Source of the DNA: Escherichia coli | Lineage (GTDB): Bacteria; Pseudomonadota; Gammaproteobacteria; Enterobacterales; Enterobacteriaceae | Strand: one strand, 5' to 3' | Assembly: GCF_041886205.1 (NCBI RefSeq) | Contig: NZ_CP169029.1 | Length of the DNA: 64,000 nucleotides | In this document: piece by piece, positions 50,566 to 64,000 of the stretch | Numbering within the stretch: the first letter of the stretch is position 1 | Layout of the letters: each line of letters opens with the position of its first letter | Position numbers and translations under genes: made by a program | Notes under the pieces: generated by a model | What the model was told of the DNA's origin: nothing | The model's input: the letters and a program-made list of their open reading frames with translations, nothing else | Database searches by the model: none

Positions 50566-51483
50566 ATGCTTTTGGCCGGGAGTAGTTTACTGACGTTGCT
50601 CGATGATATCGCCACACTGCTGGACGATATCTCCGTGATGGGCAAACTGGCGGCGAAGAAAACCGCCGGTGTATTAGGGGATGACTTATCGCTCAATGCG
50701 CAACAAGTTTCAGGCGTGCGGGCCAACCGGGAACTTCCCGTGGTCTGGGGCGTGGCGAAAGGTTCGCTGATCAATAAAGTGATTCTGGTGCCGCTGGCGC
50801 TGATCATCAGTGCGTTTATCCCGTGGGCGATTACGCCACTGTTGATGATTGGCGGCGCGTTTCTCTGCTTTGAAGGGGTAGAGAAAGTGCTGCATATGCT
50901 GGAGGCGCGTAAACATAAAGAAGATCCGGCGCAGAGTCAGCAGCGTCTGGAGAAGCTGGCGGCGCAGGATCCGCTGAAGTTTGAAAAGGACAAAATAAAA
51001 GGGGCGATTCGTACCGATTTTATATTGTCTGCGGAAATCGTCGCCATCACGCTGGGGATTGTGGCAGAAGCGCCGTTGCTTAATCAGGTGCTGGTGCTTT
51101 CAGGCATCGCGCTGGTAGTGACCGTGGGCGTCTACGGTCTGGTAGGGGTTATCGTTAAGATTGATGACCTGGGGTATTGGCTGGCGGAAAAATCCAGCGC
51201 GCTGATGCAGGCATTAGGTAAAGGGTTATTGATCATTGCGCCCTGGTTGATGAAAGCGTTATCGATTGTCGGCACGCTGGCGATGTTCCTCGTCGGCGGC
51301 GGGATTGTGGTACATGGTATTGCGCCGTTGCATCACGCCATTGAACATTTCGCCGGGCAGCAAAGTGCAGTGGTGGCGATGATATTACCGACTGTTTTAA
51401 ATCTGATTCTTGGATTTATCATCGGCGGCATCGTGGTGCTGGGAGTGAAAGCCGTAGCGAAAATGCGCGGTCAGGCACATTAA
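50566..51483 (+). CDS. yedI: DUF808 inner membrane protein YedI
   Basis: 305-aa membrane protein; synteny. Confidence 0.85.
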   Translation: MLLAGSSLLTLLDDIATLLDDISVMGKLAAKKTAGVLGDDLSLNAQQVSGVRANRELPVVWGVAKGSLINKVILVPLALIISAFIPWAITPLLMIGGAFLCFEGVEKVLHMLEARKHKEDPAQSQQRLEKLAAQDPLKFEKDKIKGAIRTDFILSAEIVAITLGIVAEAPLLNQVLVLSGIALVVTVGVYGLVGVIVKIDDLGYWLAEKSSALMQALGKGLLIIAPWLMKALSIVGTLAMFLVGGGIVVHGIAPLHHAIEHFAGQQSAVVAMILPTVLNLILGFIIGGIVVLGVKAVAKMRGQAH

Positions 51484-51561
51484 TACTCGCACAGGCTATT
51501 ATGCAAAATTCGCCATCTTCAACTAAGGTGAACAAGTTTCACTCGAAAAAAGGAGGCGAGT

Positions 51562-51744
51562 ATGAGCTTTATGGTTAGTGAGGAAGTTACGGTTAAAGAG
51601 GGCGGCCCGCGGATGATTGTCACTGGATACTCCAGCGGTATGGTTGAGTGTCGTTGGTATGACGGGTACGGGGTCAAGCGGGAAGCTTTTCATGAAACCG
51701 AGCTTGTTCCGGGGGAGGGGCGTCGTTCTGCGGAAGAAGTTTGA
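51562..51744 (+). CDS. yodC: Small protein YodC
   Basis: 60 aa (MSFMVSEEVTVKEGGPRMIVTGYSSGMVECRWYDGYGVKREAFHETELVPGE...) with RBS. Confidence 0.8.
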   Translation: MSFMVSEEVTVKEGGPRMIVTGYSSGMVECRWYDGYGVKREAFHETELVPGEGRRSAEEV

Positions 51745-51914
51745 AAGGGTATCATTAACACCAGGCCGGATCACATCCGGCCTGGTGTGCCAATGCCTGC
51801 AATGAATGATAGTCGCGTCTTATCATGCCACCATTATAAAATTATCGCTGTTTTGCGGTACGTTATCGCCGGGTTATGCCAGAATCATAAAAAAGCAGGT
51901 TGGGAGTCGTCAGG

Positions 51915-54439
<2,525 letters not shown>

Positions 54440-54618
54440 TTACCAGGATGATTCTCAAAACAGCACAAATAATCAAAGATGATTTTTTCGGGAGCGATCC
54501 CGTTGACGCCAGAGCCACCAAGGGGTGACGCACGTCACATTTCTATTCATAAGTAGCGTTAATCATTCATATCGCGAATATTTTCTTGTCAGCGAAAAAA
54601 ATTGCGGATAAGGTGATG

Positions 54619-54705
54619 AACACATCAGATTTCCTGGTGTAACGAATTTTTTAAGTGCTTCTTGCTTAAGCAAGTTTCATCCCGACCCCCTCAGGGTCGG
54701 GATTT
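54619..54705 (+). ncRNA. dsrA: DsrA small regulatory RNA
   Basis: AACACATCAGATTTCCTGGTGTAACGAATTTTTTAAGTGCTTCTTGCTTAAGCAAGTTTCATCCCGACCCCCTCAGGGTCGGGATTT matches my recollection of DsrA, including the terminator stem-loop. Confidence 0.9.
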
Positions 54706-54718
54706 TTTTATTGTGCAT

Positions 54719-54946
54719 TCAACGATTCACTTCAGAGACGCTGAAGTCATGAATATCCAGTTCGAAGGCATCCGCCAATTCACGCCATGTATGATATTCA
54801 CGTCCATCGACGCTAACGTGTTCAGAATCGTTCTGGCTGCGATGAACTTCGCTTTCGCTAATTTCATTGATCGCCGCCAGCAGGGCATCGACATCGACGC
54901 TGACCTCACGTTTTGCGGTATCGCTGTACTCTTTTGCGGTTTTCAT
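54719..54946 (-). CDS. yodD: Stress-induced small protein YodD
   Basis: 75 aa from MKTAKEYSDTAKREVSVDVDALLAAINEISESEVHRS... Confidence 0.8.
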   Translation of the reverse strand: MKTAKEYSDTAKREVSVDVDALLAAINEISESEVHRSQNDSEHVSVDGREYHTWRELADAFELDIHDFSVSEVNR

Positions 54947-55018
54947 CATCTTTCCTCGCAACCGTTACTCTGTTGTTGCCGCCAGTCGTTAAGTCCGCCT
55001 GGCATCTCTTAAGTATAG

Positions 55019-55297
<279 letters not shown>

Positions 55298-55340
55298 TCT
55301 TATTCAGCCTGACTGGTGGGAAACCACCAGTCAGAATGTG

Positions 55341-55964
55341 TTAGCGCATGTTGACAAAAATACCATTAGTCACATTATCCGTCAGTCGGACGACATGGTA
55401 GATAACCTGTTTATTATGCGTTTTGATCTTACGTTTAATATTACCTTTATGCGATGAAACGGTCTTGGCTTTGATATTCATTTGGTCAGAGATTTGAATG
55501 GTTCCCTGACCTGCCATCCACATTCGCAACATACTCGATTCGGTTCGGCTCAATGATAACGTCGGCATATTTAAAAACGAGGTTATCGTTGTCTCTTTTT
55601 TCAGAATATCGCCAAGGATATCGTCGAGAGATTCCGGTTTAATCGATTTAGAACTGATCAATAAATTTTTTCTGACCAATAGATATTCATCAAAATGAAC
55701 ATTGGCAATTGCCATAAAAACGATAAATAACGTATTGGGATGTTGATTAATGATGTGCTTGATGTGCTGACTGTTAGAAGCATCATGGATGAAACAGTCC
55801 TCATTAATAAACACCACTGAAGGGCGCTGTGAATCACAAGCTATGGCAAGGTCATCAACGGTTTCAATGTCGTTGATTTCTCTTTTTTTAACCCCTCTAC
55901 TCAACAGATACCCGGTTAAACCTAGTCGGGTGTAACTACATAAATCCATAATAATCGTTGACAT
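55341..55964 (-). CDS. rcsA: Capsule synthesis regulator RcsA (LuxR/FixJ-type)
   Basis: 207 aa with C-terminal LuxR-type HTH. Confidence 0.9.
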
Positions 55965-56206
55965 GGCATACCCTCACTCAATGCGTAACGATAATTCCCC
56001 TTACCTGAATATTTCATCATGACTAAACGGAACAACATGGGTCACCTAATGCGCCACTCTCGCGATTTTTCAGGCGGACTTACTATCCCGTAAAGTGTTG
56101 TATAATTTGCCTGGAATTGTCTTAAAGTAAAGTAAATGTTGCGATATGTGAGTGAGCTTAAAACAAATATTTCGCCGCAGGAGTATCCTGGAAGATGTTC
56201 GTAGGT

Positions 56207-56238
56207 ATTATTTTTCGGATAATCCTTAGGATAACATG
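56207..56238 (-). promoter_or_regulatory. RcsAB box in the rcsA promoter
   Basis: Reverse complement reads TTATCCTAAGGATTATCCGAAAAATAA, which resembles the RcsAB box. Confidence 0.55.
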
Positions 56239-56253
56239 ATAAACGTTACGGAA

Positions 56254-57039
56254 TTATATTAATGGCAATTCACTAATAATATCAGCCAGCAAATTAAAAA
56301 TTTCACTGAATAAATGTTCGCAAAAAGGCGCAATTAACGGCATTAATGCCGCCATTAAAGAGATACCGACAGTCAGAGTTAATGGAAATCCAATAACAAA
56401 AATGGATAATTGCGGGGCCATACGATTCAGTAAACCTAATGCCAGATTCAGGGTCAGCAGCAGAGTAATGAGCGGTAACGCCAGCATCAGCCCGTTAAGG
56501 AAAATCAAACTCCCTGCTTTGGTGAGTGCCAGAAACGCATTGCTGTTCAACGGTTCGCCACCAATTGGCAGGGTGTGAAAGGTATCGACCAGCAGTGAAA
56601 TTAACCATAAATGACCGTTAAATGTCAGGAACAGCAATAACGCCAGCATATCCATGATACGCGCTAAAACGGGCATATTGAGATGGCTGGCCGGATCGAC
56701 AAACGTCGCAAATGACAGCCCCATTTGCAGGCCGATAATTTCGCCAGCGGTTCGCACAGCGGCAAAGGCAAATTGCATGGTAAAACCAAGCGCAATGCCG
56801 ATCAGGATCTGCTGCACGGCCAGCCACAGAGCAAAGAACGAAAAAACAGGAACATCGTTGGCAGGTAATGATGGGGCAATTGCGAACGTGATCATCATTG
56901 CCAGACCCAGTTTTACCCGTTTCGGCACGCTGCGTTCGCTCAGAATTGGCGCGGTAGAAATGAGCGCCAGCACGCGCAGTAACGGCCAGAAGTAGAGGCT
57001 TAACCAGGATAGCCATTGTTCGCTTGTCACCTGCAACAT
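56254..57039 (-). CDS. fliR: Flagellar export apparatus protein FliR
   Basis: 261 aa from [21 protein letters not shown]... Confidence 0.9.
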   Translation of the reverse strand: MLQVTSEQWLSWLSLYFWPLLRVLALISTAPILSERSVPKRVKLGLAMMITFAIAPSLPANDVPVFSFFALWLAVQQILIGIALGFTMQFAFAAVRTAGEIIGLQMGLSFATFVDPASHLNMPVLARIMDMLALLLFLTFNGHLWLISLLVDTFHTLPIGGEPLNSNAFLALTKAGSLIFLNGLMLALPLITLLLTLNLALGLLNRMAPQLSIFVIGFPLTLTVGISLMAALMPLIAPFCEHLFSEIFNLLADIISELPLI

Positions 57040-57046
57040 AGTACGG

Positions 57047-57316
57047 CTACCCGATGATATACGGCAGGTTAGCGAACAAGGTGCGGACGTAATCCAGCAA
57101 CAGATTGAGCATCCACGGTCCGGCAATAATAATGGCAATAAATACGGCGATGATTTTTGGAATAAACGACAGCGTCATTTCGTTGATCTGGGTGGCGGCT
57201 TGCAAAATACTGATGATAAGGCCCGTGACCAGCGCCACCAGCAACAGCGGGGCAGCCAGTGCCAGCGCGACTTTCATCGCTTCAGTCCCCATCATCATGA
57301 CCGATTCAGGTGTCAT
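57047..57316 (-). CDS. fliQ: Flagellar export apparatus protein FliQ
   Basis: 89 aa. Confidence 0.92.
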   Translation of the reverse strand: MTPESVMMMGTEAMKVALALAAPLLLVALVTGLIISILQAATQINEMTLSFIPKIIAVFIAIIIAGPWMLNLLLDYVRTLFANLPYIIG

Positions 57317-57325
57317 TTTGCCTCA

Positions 57326-58063
57326 CTAGCTGTAAAAGCTCTGCGCCAGCGAACCGACCAGCAATTGCCAGCCATCCACCAGTACAAACAGCATCAGTTT
57401 AAAGGGCAGAGCAATTGTGGCTGGGGGAACCATCATCATCCCCAATGCCATCAACACGCTGGCAATCACCAGGTCGATAATCAAAAAAGGAATGAAAATC
57501 GTGAAGCCTATCTGAAATGCGGTTTTCAACTCGCTGGTCACGTAGGCCGGGAGCAAAATGCGCATCGGCACAGCTTCAGGTCCCTGCAACGGGCCAGTAT
57601 TCGCCAGTCTGGCAAACAACCCTAAATCCGCCTCACGGGTCTGACGCAGCATAAACTCACGCAGCGGCTGCGCCCCTTTTTCCAGCGCCTCCTGCATTGA
57701 TATTTTCTCTTCGCTGAATGGCTGGTACGCATCGACATAAATTTTATCGATCACCGGCGACATAATAAAAAAGGTCAAAAACAGCGCCAGTCCCAGCAAT
57801 ACCTGGTTAGGTGGCGCGGAGGGTGTTCCCAACGCGTTACGCAATAAACCAAAAACAATGATGATGCGGGTGAAACTGGTCATCATCAGTAAAATTGCCG
57901 GAATAAACGTCAACGAGGTGATGAACACCAGCGTTTGCACCGGGAGCGACCAGCTTTGTCCACCGCCAGGCAGCGGCTGGCTGGTGATACCCGGCAGTTG
58001 CGCGAAGGCGAGGGGCGTAACCAGCCAGAGAAGGACAGGTGCGACAGACAACAAACGACGCAT
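57326..58063 (-). CDS. fliP: Flagellar export apparatus protein FliP
   Basis: 245 aa with signal peptide. Confidence 0.92.
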   Translation of the reverse strand: MRRLLSVAPVLLWLVTPLAFAQLPGITSQPLPGGGQSWSLPVQTLVFITSLTFIPAILLMMTSFTRIIIVFGLLRNALGTPSAPPNQVLLGLALFLTFFIMSPVIDKIYVDAYQPFSEEKISMQEALEKGAQPLREFMLRQTREADLGLFARLANTGPLQGPEAVPMRILLPAYVTSELKTAFQIGFTIFIPFLIIDLVIASVLMALGMMMVPPATIALPFKLMLFVLVDGWQLLVGSLAQSFYS

Positions 58064-58428
58064 CAGGATCTCCCGCTACGCTTAAGCAAGTTTTTCATAA
58101 CCGACTGAAAATCGGTCTGCGGTATCTCTTCCGTTGGTGCTGAAGGGGGAAGTTTATGCAGCAGATTGATTTGCCCTGCGGTAACGCCGAGCACCAGCCG
58201 TGCATCTTCCACATCGACCACCACAACCCGTTCACGCGCGCCCAGTGAAGCACTGGCGCTAATTTTCAGACCGTTAACGCCAGTGCGTTTAGGGGCAAAT
58301 CCCAGCCGTTTTACCAGCCAGGCAGCAGCGAGGATCAGGGCAATAATGGCGATGAGTGCGCCGCTCACCTGCAGCAGTGGCGCAGCAGATACCGGCGCGG
58401 AAGATTGCACAGTAGCGTGGTTATTCAT
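58063..58428 (-). CDS. fliO: Flagellar protein FliO
   Basis: 121 aa ([42 protein letters not shown]...); stop overlaps fliP start. Confidence 0.88.
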   Translation of the reverse strand: MNNHATVQSSAPVSAAPLLQVSGALIAIIALILAAAWLVKRLGFAPKRTGVNGLKISASASLGARERVVVVDVEDARLVLGVTAGQINLLHKLPPSAPTEEIPQTDFQSVMKNLLKRSGRS

Positions 58429-58430
58429 CA

Positions 58431-58844
58431 CTAACGGCTCAGGCGACGCATCCGCTCAGACGGAGTAATGATATCGGTGATCCGCACGCCATATTTATCA
58501 GCGACTACGACAACTTCGCCCTGAGCAATTAAATAACCGTTGATCAGAATATCCAGCGGTTCGCCCGCCAGACCGTCCAGCGCCACGACGGACCCTTGCG
58601 TCAGACGCAATAACTCTTTGATGGTCATTCGTGTGCGGCCCAGCTCGACGGTCAGCTTGACCGGAATATCCATAATCAGGTCGATATCCTGCAACGTTCC
58701 GCTGACATCACCACCGCCAAATTGCTGGAACACCGCGTCGGCAGCGCTTTTGCTGCTGCTTGATTTTTGTTCGCTCAACGCTTCAGCCCACAGATCGTCC
58801 ATTGCGCCGTTGTTGTCATCGGCCGGATTATTCATGTCACTCAT
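58431..58844 (-). CDS. fliN: Flagellar motor switch protein FliN
   Basis: 137 aa. Confidence 0.92.
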   Translation of the reverse strand: MSDMNNPADDNNGAMDDLWAEALSEQKSSSSKSAADAVFQQFGGGDVSGTLQDIDLIMDIPVKLTVELGRTRMTIKELLRLTQGSVVALDGLAGEPLDILINGYLIAQGEVVVVADKYGVRITDIITPSERMRRLSR

Positions 58845-59845
58845 TTGGGCTGTTCCTCGTTCAGAGAATTTAAAATCGGGTTAATCAAATGTTCTATCCG
58901 TAACGCATACTGACCGTTGAGAGTGCCGTACTGACTGGTCAGCACCGGGACGCCGTCAACATGGGCGATGATGCGGTCGGGTTTTTCTATCGGCAGGACG
59001 TCACCGGGTTTCAGTTTTAAAATCTGCGACAGGCGTAGCGAGATATCGGCAAAGTTGGCGACCAGCTCCAGCTGTGAATGCTGCACCTGGCGCACCAGGT
59101 TATCGCGCCAGTTCTGATCTTCATTACGCGAGTTTTCCAGCGGCGGGTTAACCAACAATTCCCGTAGCGGCTCGATCATGCTGAATGGCAGGCAGATATT
59201 AAATTCGCCGGTCAGGTTGCCAATCTCCACATGGAACGGCGTGTTAACCACAATGTCGTTCGGCGAGGTGGTGATATTGGTAAATTTCACCTGCATTTCC
59301 GAACGCACGTACTCAACTTCCAGCGGATTAATCGCCTTCCATGCGTCGCTATAGCCTTCTAACGCCAGTTTCAACATGCGGTTGATGACGCGCTGTTCGG
59401 TATGGGTAAACTCGCGACCTTCCACTTTGGTCGGGAAGCGTCCATCGCCGCCAAACAGGTTATCCACGGCGATAAACACCAGACTCGGCGAGAACACCAC
59501 CAGCCCTGTGCCGCGCAGCGGTTTCAGATGGATAAGGTTCAGGTTGGTCGGCACCGGCAGGTTGCGGGCAAATTCATGGTACGGCTGAATGCGGATGGCC
59601 CCGACGGTAATATCCGGGCTACGGCGCAGCAGGTTGAACAGCCCCATACGAAAATGGCGAGCAAAGCGCTCATTAATGATTTCCAGCGCCTGCAAACGTT
59701 CGCGCACAACCCGTCGTTGGGTATTCGGATCGTACGGACGAATGTCACTTTCGCCGCTAACACTGGCTGTCGGTTCGTCTTTGACTTCGCTGTCACCATT
59801 CAACAGCGCATCAATTTCAGCTTGAGAAAGAATACTATCGCCCAT
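58841..59845 (-). CDS. fliM: Flagellar motor switch protein FliM
   Basis: 334 aa from MGDSILSQAEIDALLNGD... Confidence 0.92.
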   Translation of the reverse strand: MGDSILSQAEIDALLNGDSEVKDEPTASVSGESDIRPYDPNTQRRVVRERLQALEIINERFARHFRMGLFNLLRRSPDITVGAIRIQPYHEFARNLPVPTNLNLIHLKPLRGTGLVVFSPSLVFIAVDNLFGGDGRFPTKVEGREFTHTEQRVINRMLKLALEGYSDAWKAINPLEVEYVRSEMQVKFTNITTSPNDIVVNTPFHVEIGNLTGEFNICLPFSMIEPLRELLVNPPLENSRNEDQNWRDNLVRQVQHSQLELVANFADISLRLSQILKLKPGDVLPIEKPDRIIAHVDGVPVLTSQYGTLNGQYALRIEHLINPILNSLNEEQPK

Positions 59846-59849
59846 GTCG

Positions 59850-60314
59850 TTATCGCAGAATAAAAGCGGTATACAGCACGTCGGTGACATCCTGTTTCGG
59901 TTGCCCGGCAACAAGCGGGGTGGAAAGCGTGGTTTTAATCTCGGCAATCAGGTTTTTCTTGCCTTCTTCTGTCGCCAGTACGGCAGCATCCTGACGCGAA
60001 AACAGTAACAGCAAACGGCTACGGACTTCCGGCAAATACTCACTCAGCCGCGAGCGGGTAGCTTCATCTTTCAGGCGCAGGGTTATGCCGATATACAGCA
60101 CGCGATCCGCATCGCCCAAATTGACCGTGAAGGTATCCAGCGCATAGAAGACCGGTGAGGGCACGACGCGTTGCTGCGCTTTGTCTTCAGCGGCAACCTG
60201 ATGCGAATGCCAGTAGCTGTAACCTGCGCTGGCACAGGCCGCGAGGGTAATGAATACCAGAATCGGGATCCAAAGCGATCGCTTGCTTTTCTTGCTTATC
60301 GCGTAATCAGTCAT
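59850..60314 (-). CDS. fliL: Flagellar basal-body-associated protein FliL
   Basis: 154 aa, single TM. Confidence 0.9.
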   Translation of the reverse strand: MTDYAISKKSKRSLWIPILVFITLAACASAGYSYWHSHQVAAEDKAQQRVVPSPVFYALDTFTVNLGDADRVLYIGITLRLKDEATRSRLSEYLPEVRSRLLLLFSRQDAAVLATEEGKKNLIAEIKTTLSTPLVAGQPKQDVTDVLYTAFILR

Positions 60315-60418
60315 GTGTTGCGGTCTTCCTGTGTCGCTACTGCTTATCGGCTAATTATCCTGCGTCTTGAGCGCAACAAAGCGGGGAAAAGACGCGGATT
60401 ACGGTGCTACCTCTGACG

Positions 60419-61546
60419 TTAGGCGAAAATATCAACGCCGCTGTTGCCTGTTACGCGCCCTTGTAAAGAGACGGGAACCGGAAGCGTATCGTCTTCTTCC
60501 CCCGCCAGAGGTTCATGGTTTACTGTGCGTTGGCTTTGCTGTTGTTGGGAAGCGGCCTGCTGCTGACCACTAAAGCTTTCGCCACTGATGTTGCTTTGCC
60601 CTAACTGAATGCCACTTTCGGCCAGCTGCGTACGCAGTACCGGCAGCGCAGCTTCCAGGGCGGCGCGTACATGCTGATGCGGTGAAACCATCTGGATTTG
60701 CGCCTGGTTATCATCCACTTTGAGGGAGATTTGCACTTCACCTAAATCCTGCGGGTGCAGACGCAACTCTGCACTTTGCTGCCCCTGGCGGGTGAACAGC
60801 GAAATATGCTGGCTTAATGATTGTTGCCATTCGTGAGAACCCAGCGGTGCACTCAAAACAGGCGCGGCGACGGTGGGCAGTGGCTGTGTCTGGTGTGGAG
60901 TAATTAGCGGGCTGGCGGCAGCGGTCACCGGTGACGGTGTGCTGATGACTTCCGCTTTACTCTGGGCTTCTGCTACCAGCGGTGTTAATGGCTGAGCTGG
61001 CGTGCCGGGGGCATCATCAGGCTGTGCTGTTGTGAGTTGCGCAGAAGTCAGTTTTGTGAAGAGCGTTGGTTTCTCTGCCGGTAACACGGTTGACGGCACA
61101 TCAGTCACTTTGGGCGTATTGTCAAAACCCGGCAACATCGCAAAAAGGGCGCTCAGGCTTGCGGTGACGTCTTCATTCAGATCATCCGCTTTTTCGTCTT
61201 TTGTCGTATTTTTGTCAGCCACCGCAGCCAACGTCATCGTCTGAGCGGTGGTTAACGGTGTTGATGTGGATTGTTCGTCGTTGATGACAGGCAGTGTTTC
61301 ATCCACAGGGATCAGTAAATCCGCTTGGTGCGCGTCGGCAAGAATATCGCTGATCAGCGGCTCGCCTTTTGTCGTGGGCTTATCTGTTGTCACCAGCAAC
61401 TGGGGGGCCGCTTTGTCGGTTGTTGCCTCGCCTGTTAATGCTTCGCTCAACAACGCGAGAAAATCTTGTGCAGCATCGCTGGCTTTGCCGCCAGGCAATG
61501 TGGTGGTGTCAACGTCGGCGGTAATCAAGGGCGCTAAGCGAATCAT
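60419..61546 (-). CDS. fliK: Flagellar hook-length control protein FliK
   Basis: 375 aa, Pro/Thr/Ala/Gln-rich. Confidence 0.9.
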   Translation of the reverse strand: MIRLAPLITADVDTTTLPGGKASDAAQDFLALLSEALTGEATTDKAAPQLLVTTDKPTTKGEPLISDILADAHQADLLIPVDETLPVINDEQSTSTPLTTAQTMTLAAVADKNTTKDEKADDLNEDVTASLSALFAMLPGFDNTPKVTDVPSTVLPAEKPTLFTKLTSAQLTTAQPDDAPGTPAQPLTPLVAEAQSKAEVISTPSPVTAAASPLITPHQTQPLPTVAAPVLSAPLGSHEWQQSLSQHISLFTRQGQQSAELRLHPQDLGEVQISLKVDDNQAQIQMVSPHQHVRAALEAALPVLRTQLAESGIQLGQSNISGESFSGQQQAASQQQQSQRTVNHEPLAGEEDDTLPVPVSLQGRVTGNSGVDIFA

Positions 61547-61986
61547 TCAGGTTTCCTCATGGCGGCGCGCTGGGCGAACTCATCCATCTTTTTCTGATCG
61601 AGGCGGTTTTCTGCAAGCAGTGCCGCCGTGGATTGCCGTTCCTGCAGTGTCTGCCAGGCCTGCAAACGTTGTTTCTTTTCTCGCCAGCTGTTCAGGGCAA
61701 GGTCAACTTTCTGCGTCCACTGATTAAGTTGCTGGCGATGCTGAGTAATGGCTTTTTCCAGCGTCTGGATAAACTGCTGATAGTTGATCCAGCGGTTGCT
61801 GGTCATCCCGGCACTCATATCGCTGTTGAGGTTATTGCGATATTCATTCTGATAATCGATCAGCATTTTGAGCTGTTCTTCCGCCTGCTGACATCCGCGA
61901 CGCATTTCACCCAGCAGGCGCGCGGCATCCTCTACCTCTTTTTCTGCCAGATCTTTCAGGGTCGCCAGCGCGCCATGTTCTGTCAT
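61543..61986 (-). CDS. fliJ: Flagellar export chaperone FliJ
   Basis: 147 aa coiled-coil. Confidence 0.9.
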   Translation of the reverse strand: MTEHGALATLKDLAEKEVEDAARLLGEMRRGCQQAEEQLKMLIDYQNEYRNNLNSDMSAGMTSNRWINYQQFIQTLEKAITQHRQQLNQWTQKVDLALNSWREKKQRLQAWQTLQERQSTAALLAENRLDQKKMDEFAQRAAMRKPE

Positions 61987-62004
61987 CTGCCGTTATCTCC
62001 TGGG

Positions 62005-63378
62005 TTATGACACTGTCGGGAAAATACGCTCCAGCCCCTGGAGAGACGCTTCCCAGTCCGCGCGTTCAAAAATGCCTTGTTGCAAATAGCCCTCCAGCTG
62101 CGGCCACAGGGCGATGGCTTTGTCGAGCATCGGATCGCTGCCTTTGGCATACGCGCCGACGCTAACCAGATCGCGGTTACGCTGAAAACTCGACAACAGC
62201 TGTTTGAAGGTGCGCACTCGCGCGTAATGTTGCTCACTGATCAACGCCGTCATTGCGCGGCTGATCGACGCTTCAATATCGATAGCCGGATAGTGCCCGG
62301 CTTCCGCCAGTCGGCGAGACAGCACAATGTGACCGTCGAGGATTGCCCGCGCGGAGTCGGCAATGGGGTCCTGCTGGTCATCGCCTTCAGTGAGCACGGT
62401 ATAAAACGCGGTAATCGATCCGCCGCCGCTAATGCCATTTCCGGCACGCTCGACCAGTGCCGGTAATTTGGCAAACACCGACGGGGGATAACCTTTAGTG
62501 GCGGGTGGTTCGCCAATCGCCAGCGCAATTTCACGCTGGGCCATCGCGTAGCGGGTGAGGGAGTCCATAATCAGCAACACATGCTGACCACGATCGCGAA
62601 AATCTTCGGCAATGCGCGTGGCATAGGCGGCACCCTGCATTCGCAGGAGAGGAGAGACATCCGCCGGAGCGGCAATCACCACGGAGCGTGCACGCCCTTC
62701 GGCACCGAGGATATTCTCAATAAAATCTTTTACTTCGCGTCCGCGTTCACCAATCAAACCCACGACAATGACATCGGCGCGGGTGTAACGTGCCATCATC
62801 CCCAGCAGCACACTTTTACCAACGCCGGACCCGGCAAACAGCCCCATACGCTGCCCACGCCCAACGGTAAGCAGGGCATTGATTGGGCGCACGCCGGTGT
62901 CCAGCACATGTTCAATCGGTGTACGTTGCAACGGGTTAAATGGCGGGGTAATCAGCGCACCGGTTTCCGTCGTATCGGGGGAGGGGAGGCCATCGAGCGG
63001 TTTACCGCTGCCGTCCAGAACGCGACCTAATAACGCCGGACCGAGCGGCAACTGCTTGCCGCTTTGCAGTCCTTCAGCCGAAATGTTTTTGGCATAAACC
63101 CGCGCGCCGGGCAGGACACCTTCGACTTCCTCCAGCGGCATTAAAAACAGCCGTTGACCGTTAAAGCCAACGACTTCGCTTTCTACTTCGTGCGTTTCGC
63201 TGCCGTTCTGGCGCTCAATGACACAGGTTGCGCCGAGCGGCAATTGTAATCCGGTGGCTTCCAGCACCAGCCCGGTAGCGCGGGTTAATCTCCCGTAGCG
63301 ACGTACCGCAGGCAACTGCGCCATTTTGGCTTCAAAGTTATCCAGCGTGGTTAGCCAGCGAGTCAGGCGCGTGGTCAT
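62005..63378 (-). CDS. fliI: Flagellum-specific ATP synthase FliI
   Basis: 457 aa with Walker A GSGVGKS. Confidence 0.95.
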
Positions 63379-64000
63379 TACACCACTCCTGGTGCTGCCA
63401 GACGGCAGAGTTCTTGCCAGCGAGTGGCGACACTGGCGTCGAGATCGCCTTCATCGGCGGAGACTTTGCAACCGCCAGGATGGAGTGTGGGATCGCCCCG
63501 CAACCGCCAGCCATGCAAACTTAAGGTAGCGCCGAGCATATCATCCACACGTTGCAGATCATCCGGGTGCACGCGCAGCTGTGGTTTACCGCTGAATAAC
63601 GGTTCTTGCTGCAACAACTGTTGGATCTGTTTGATCAGTGCCGAGTTATCCACTGTTGGCGTCTGACCGATCACCTGACGTGCCGCCTCCAGCGCCATCT
63701 GCATCAGGCGCGAAGCAATCACACTATCAAGCGCATCAAGGGTAGTTTGAAATTCGCTGACCAGTTGCTGCATCCGGGCATGAATTGGCGCTTGTTGAGA
63801 CTTCGCCTCTGCCAGACCTTGCTCCAGCCCCCGGGCCAGTCCTTCCTGATAGCCCTGCTCATGACCTTGCTGGCGACCTTCGGCAATCCCCGCCTGATAA
63901 CCTTGCTCATGGGCCTGCATTTGCAGTTGCGCCAGTTGCTGCTCAAGGCTGGGTTCGGCCTCTTCAATGATGGTTTCTTCCGGCTCGACCATGGGCACAA
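63378..64000 (-). CDS. fliH: Flagellar assembly protein FliH; N-terminus lies beyond the window end
   Basis: ORF open to the window edge; start-stop overlap with fliI. Confidence 0.85.

Overview
This window is an Escherichia coli chromosomal segment in the order plaP-yeeED-sbcB-dacD-sbmC-yeeAX ... cobUST-ldtA-nac-cbl-yeeO-yeeN-amn-shiA ... yeeJ-mtfA-serU-yodB-zinT-msrQP-hiuH-hprRS-hchA-yedS-yedRJ-dcm-vsr-yedA-yedI-yodC-dgcQ-yedP-dsrA-yodD-dsrB-rcsA-fliRQPONMLKJIH, reverse-complemented relative to usual K-12 numbering. Gene identities come from my recall of the protein sequences and from synteny; no database search was run. Most of it is ordinary core genome, and I found no convincing novel multi-gene system. 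The non-core parts are: (1) a decayed mobile-element junction at about 7.6-9.8 kb where K-12 carries the CP4-44 prophage, here holding only a yoeF-like fragment, an IS66-family 3' remnant, a short IS110-like ORF, a 64-aa ORF with a strong RBS, a 5'-truncated IS2 and a TonB-dependent-receptor fragment with its Fur box; (2) a 1.6-kb AT-rich, ORF-poor stretch before cobU containing a perfect 17-bp hairpin; (3) a complete IS66-family element (about 2.7 kb, 8-bp target duplication CAATATTG) inserted in the family-9 glycosyltransferase pseudogene yeeL; (4) an apparently intact yedS-type porin; (5) the giant repeat-rich inverse autotransporter yeeJ. Four tRNA-Asn genes and one tRNA-Ser(CGA) are present with no island or integrase attached. 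DsrA is recognisable, and a candidate RseX-like sRNA lies between yedS and yedR. Coordinates read by hand from the sequence may be off by 1-2 nt.
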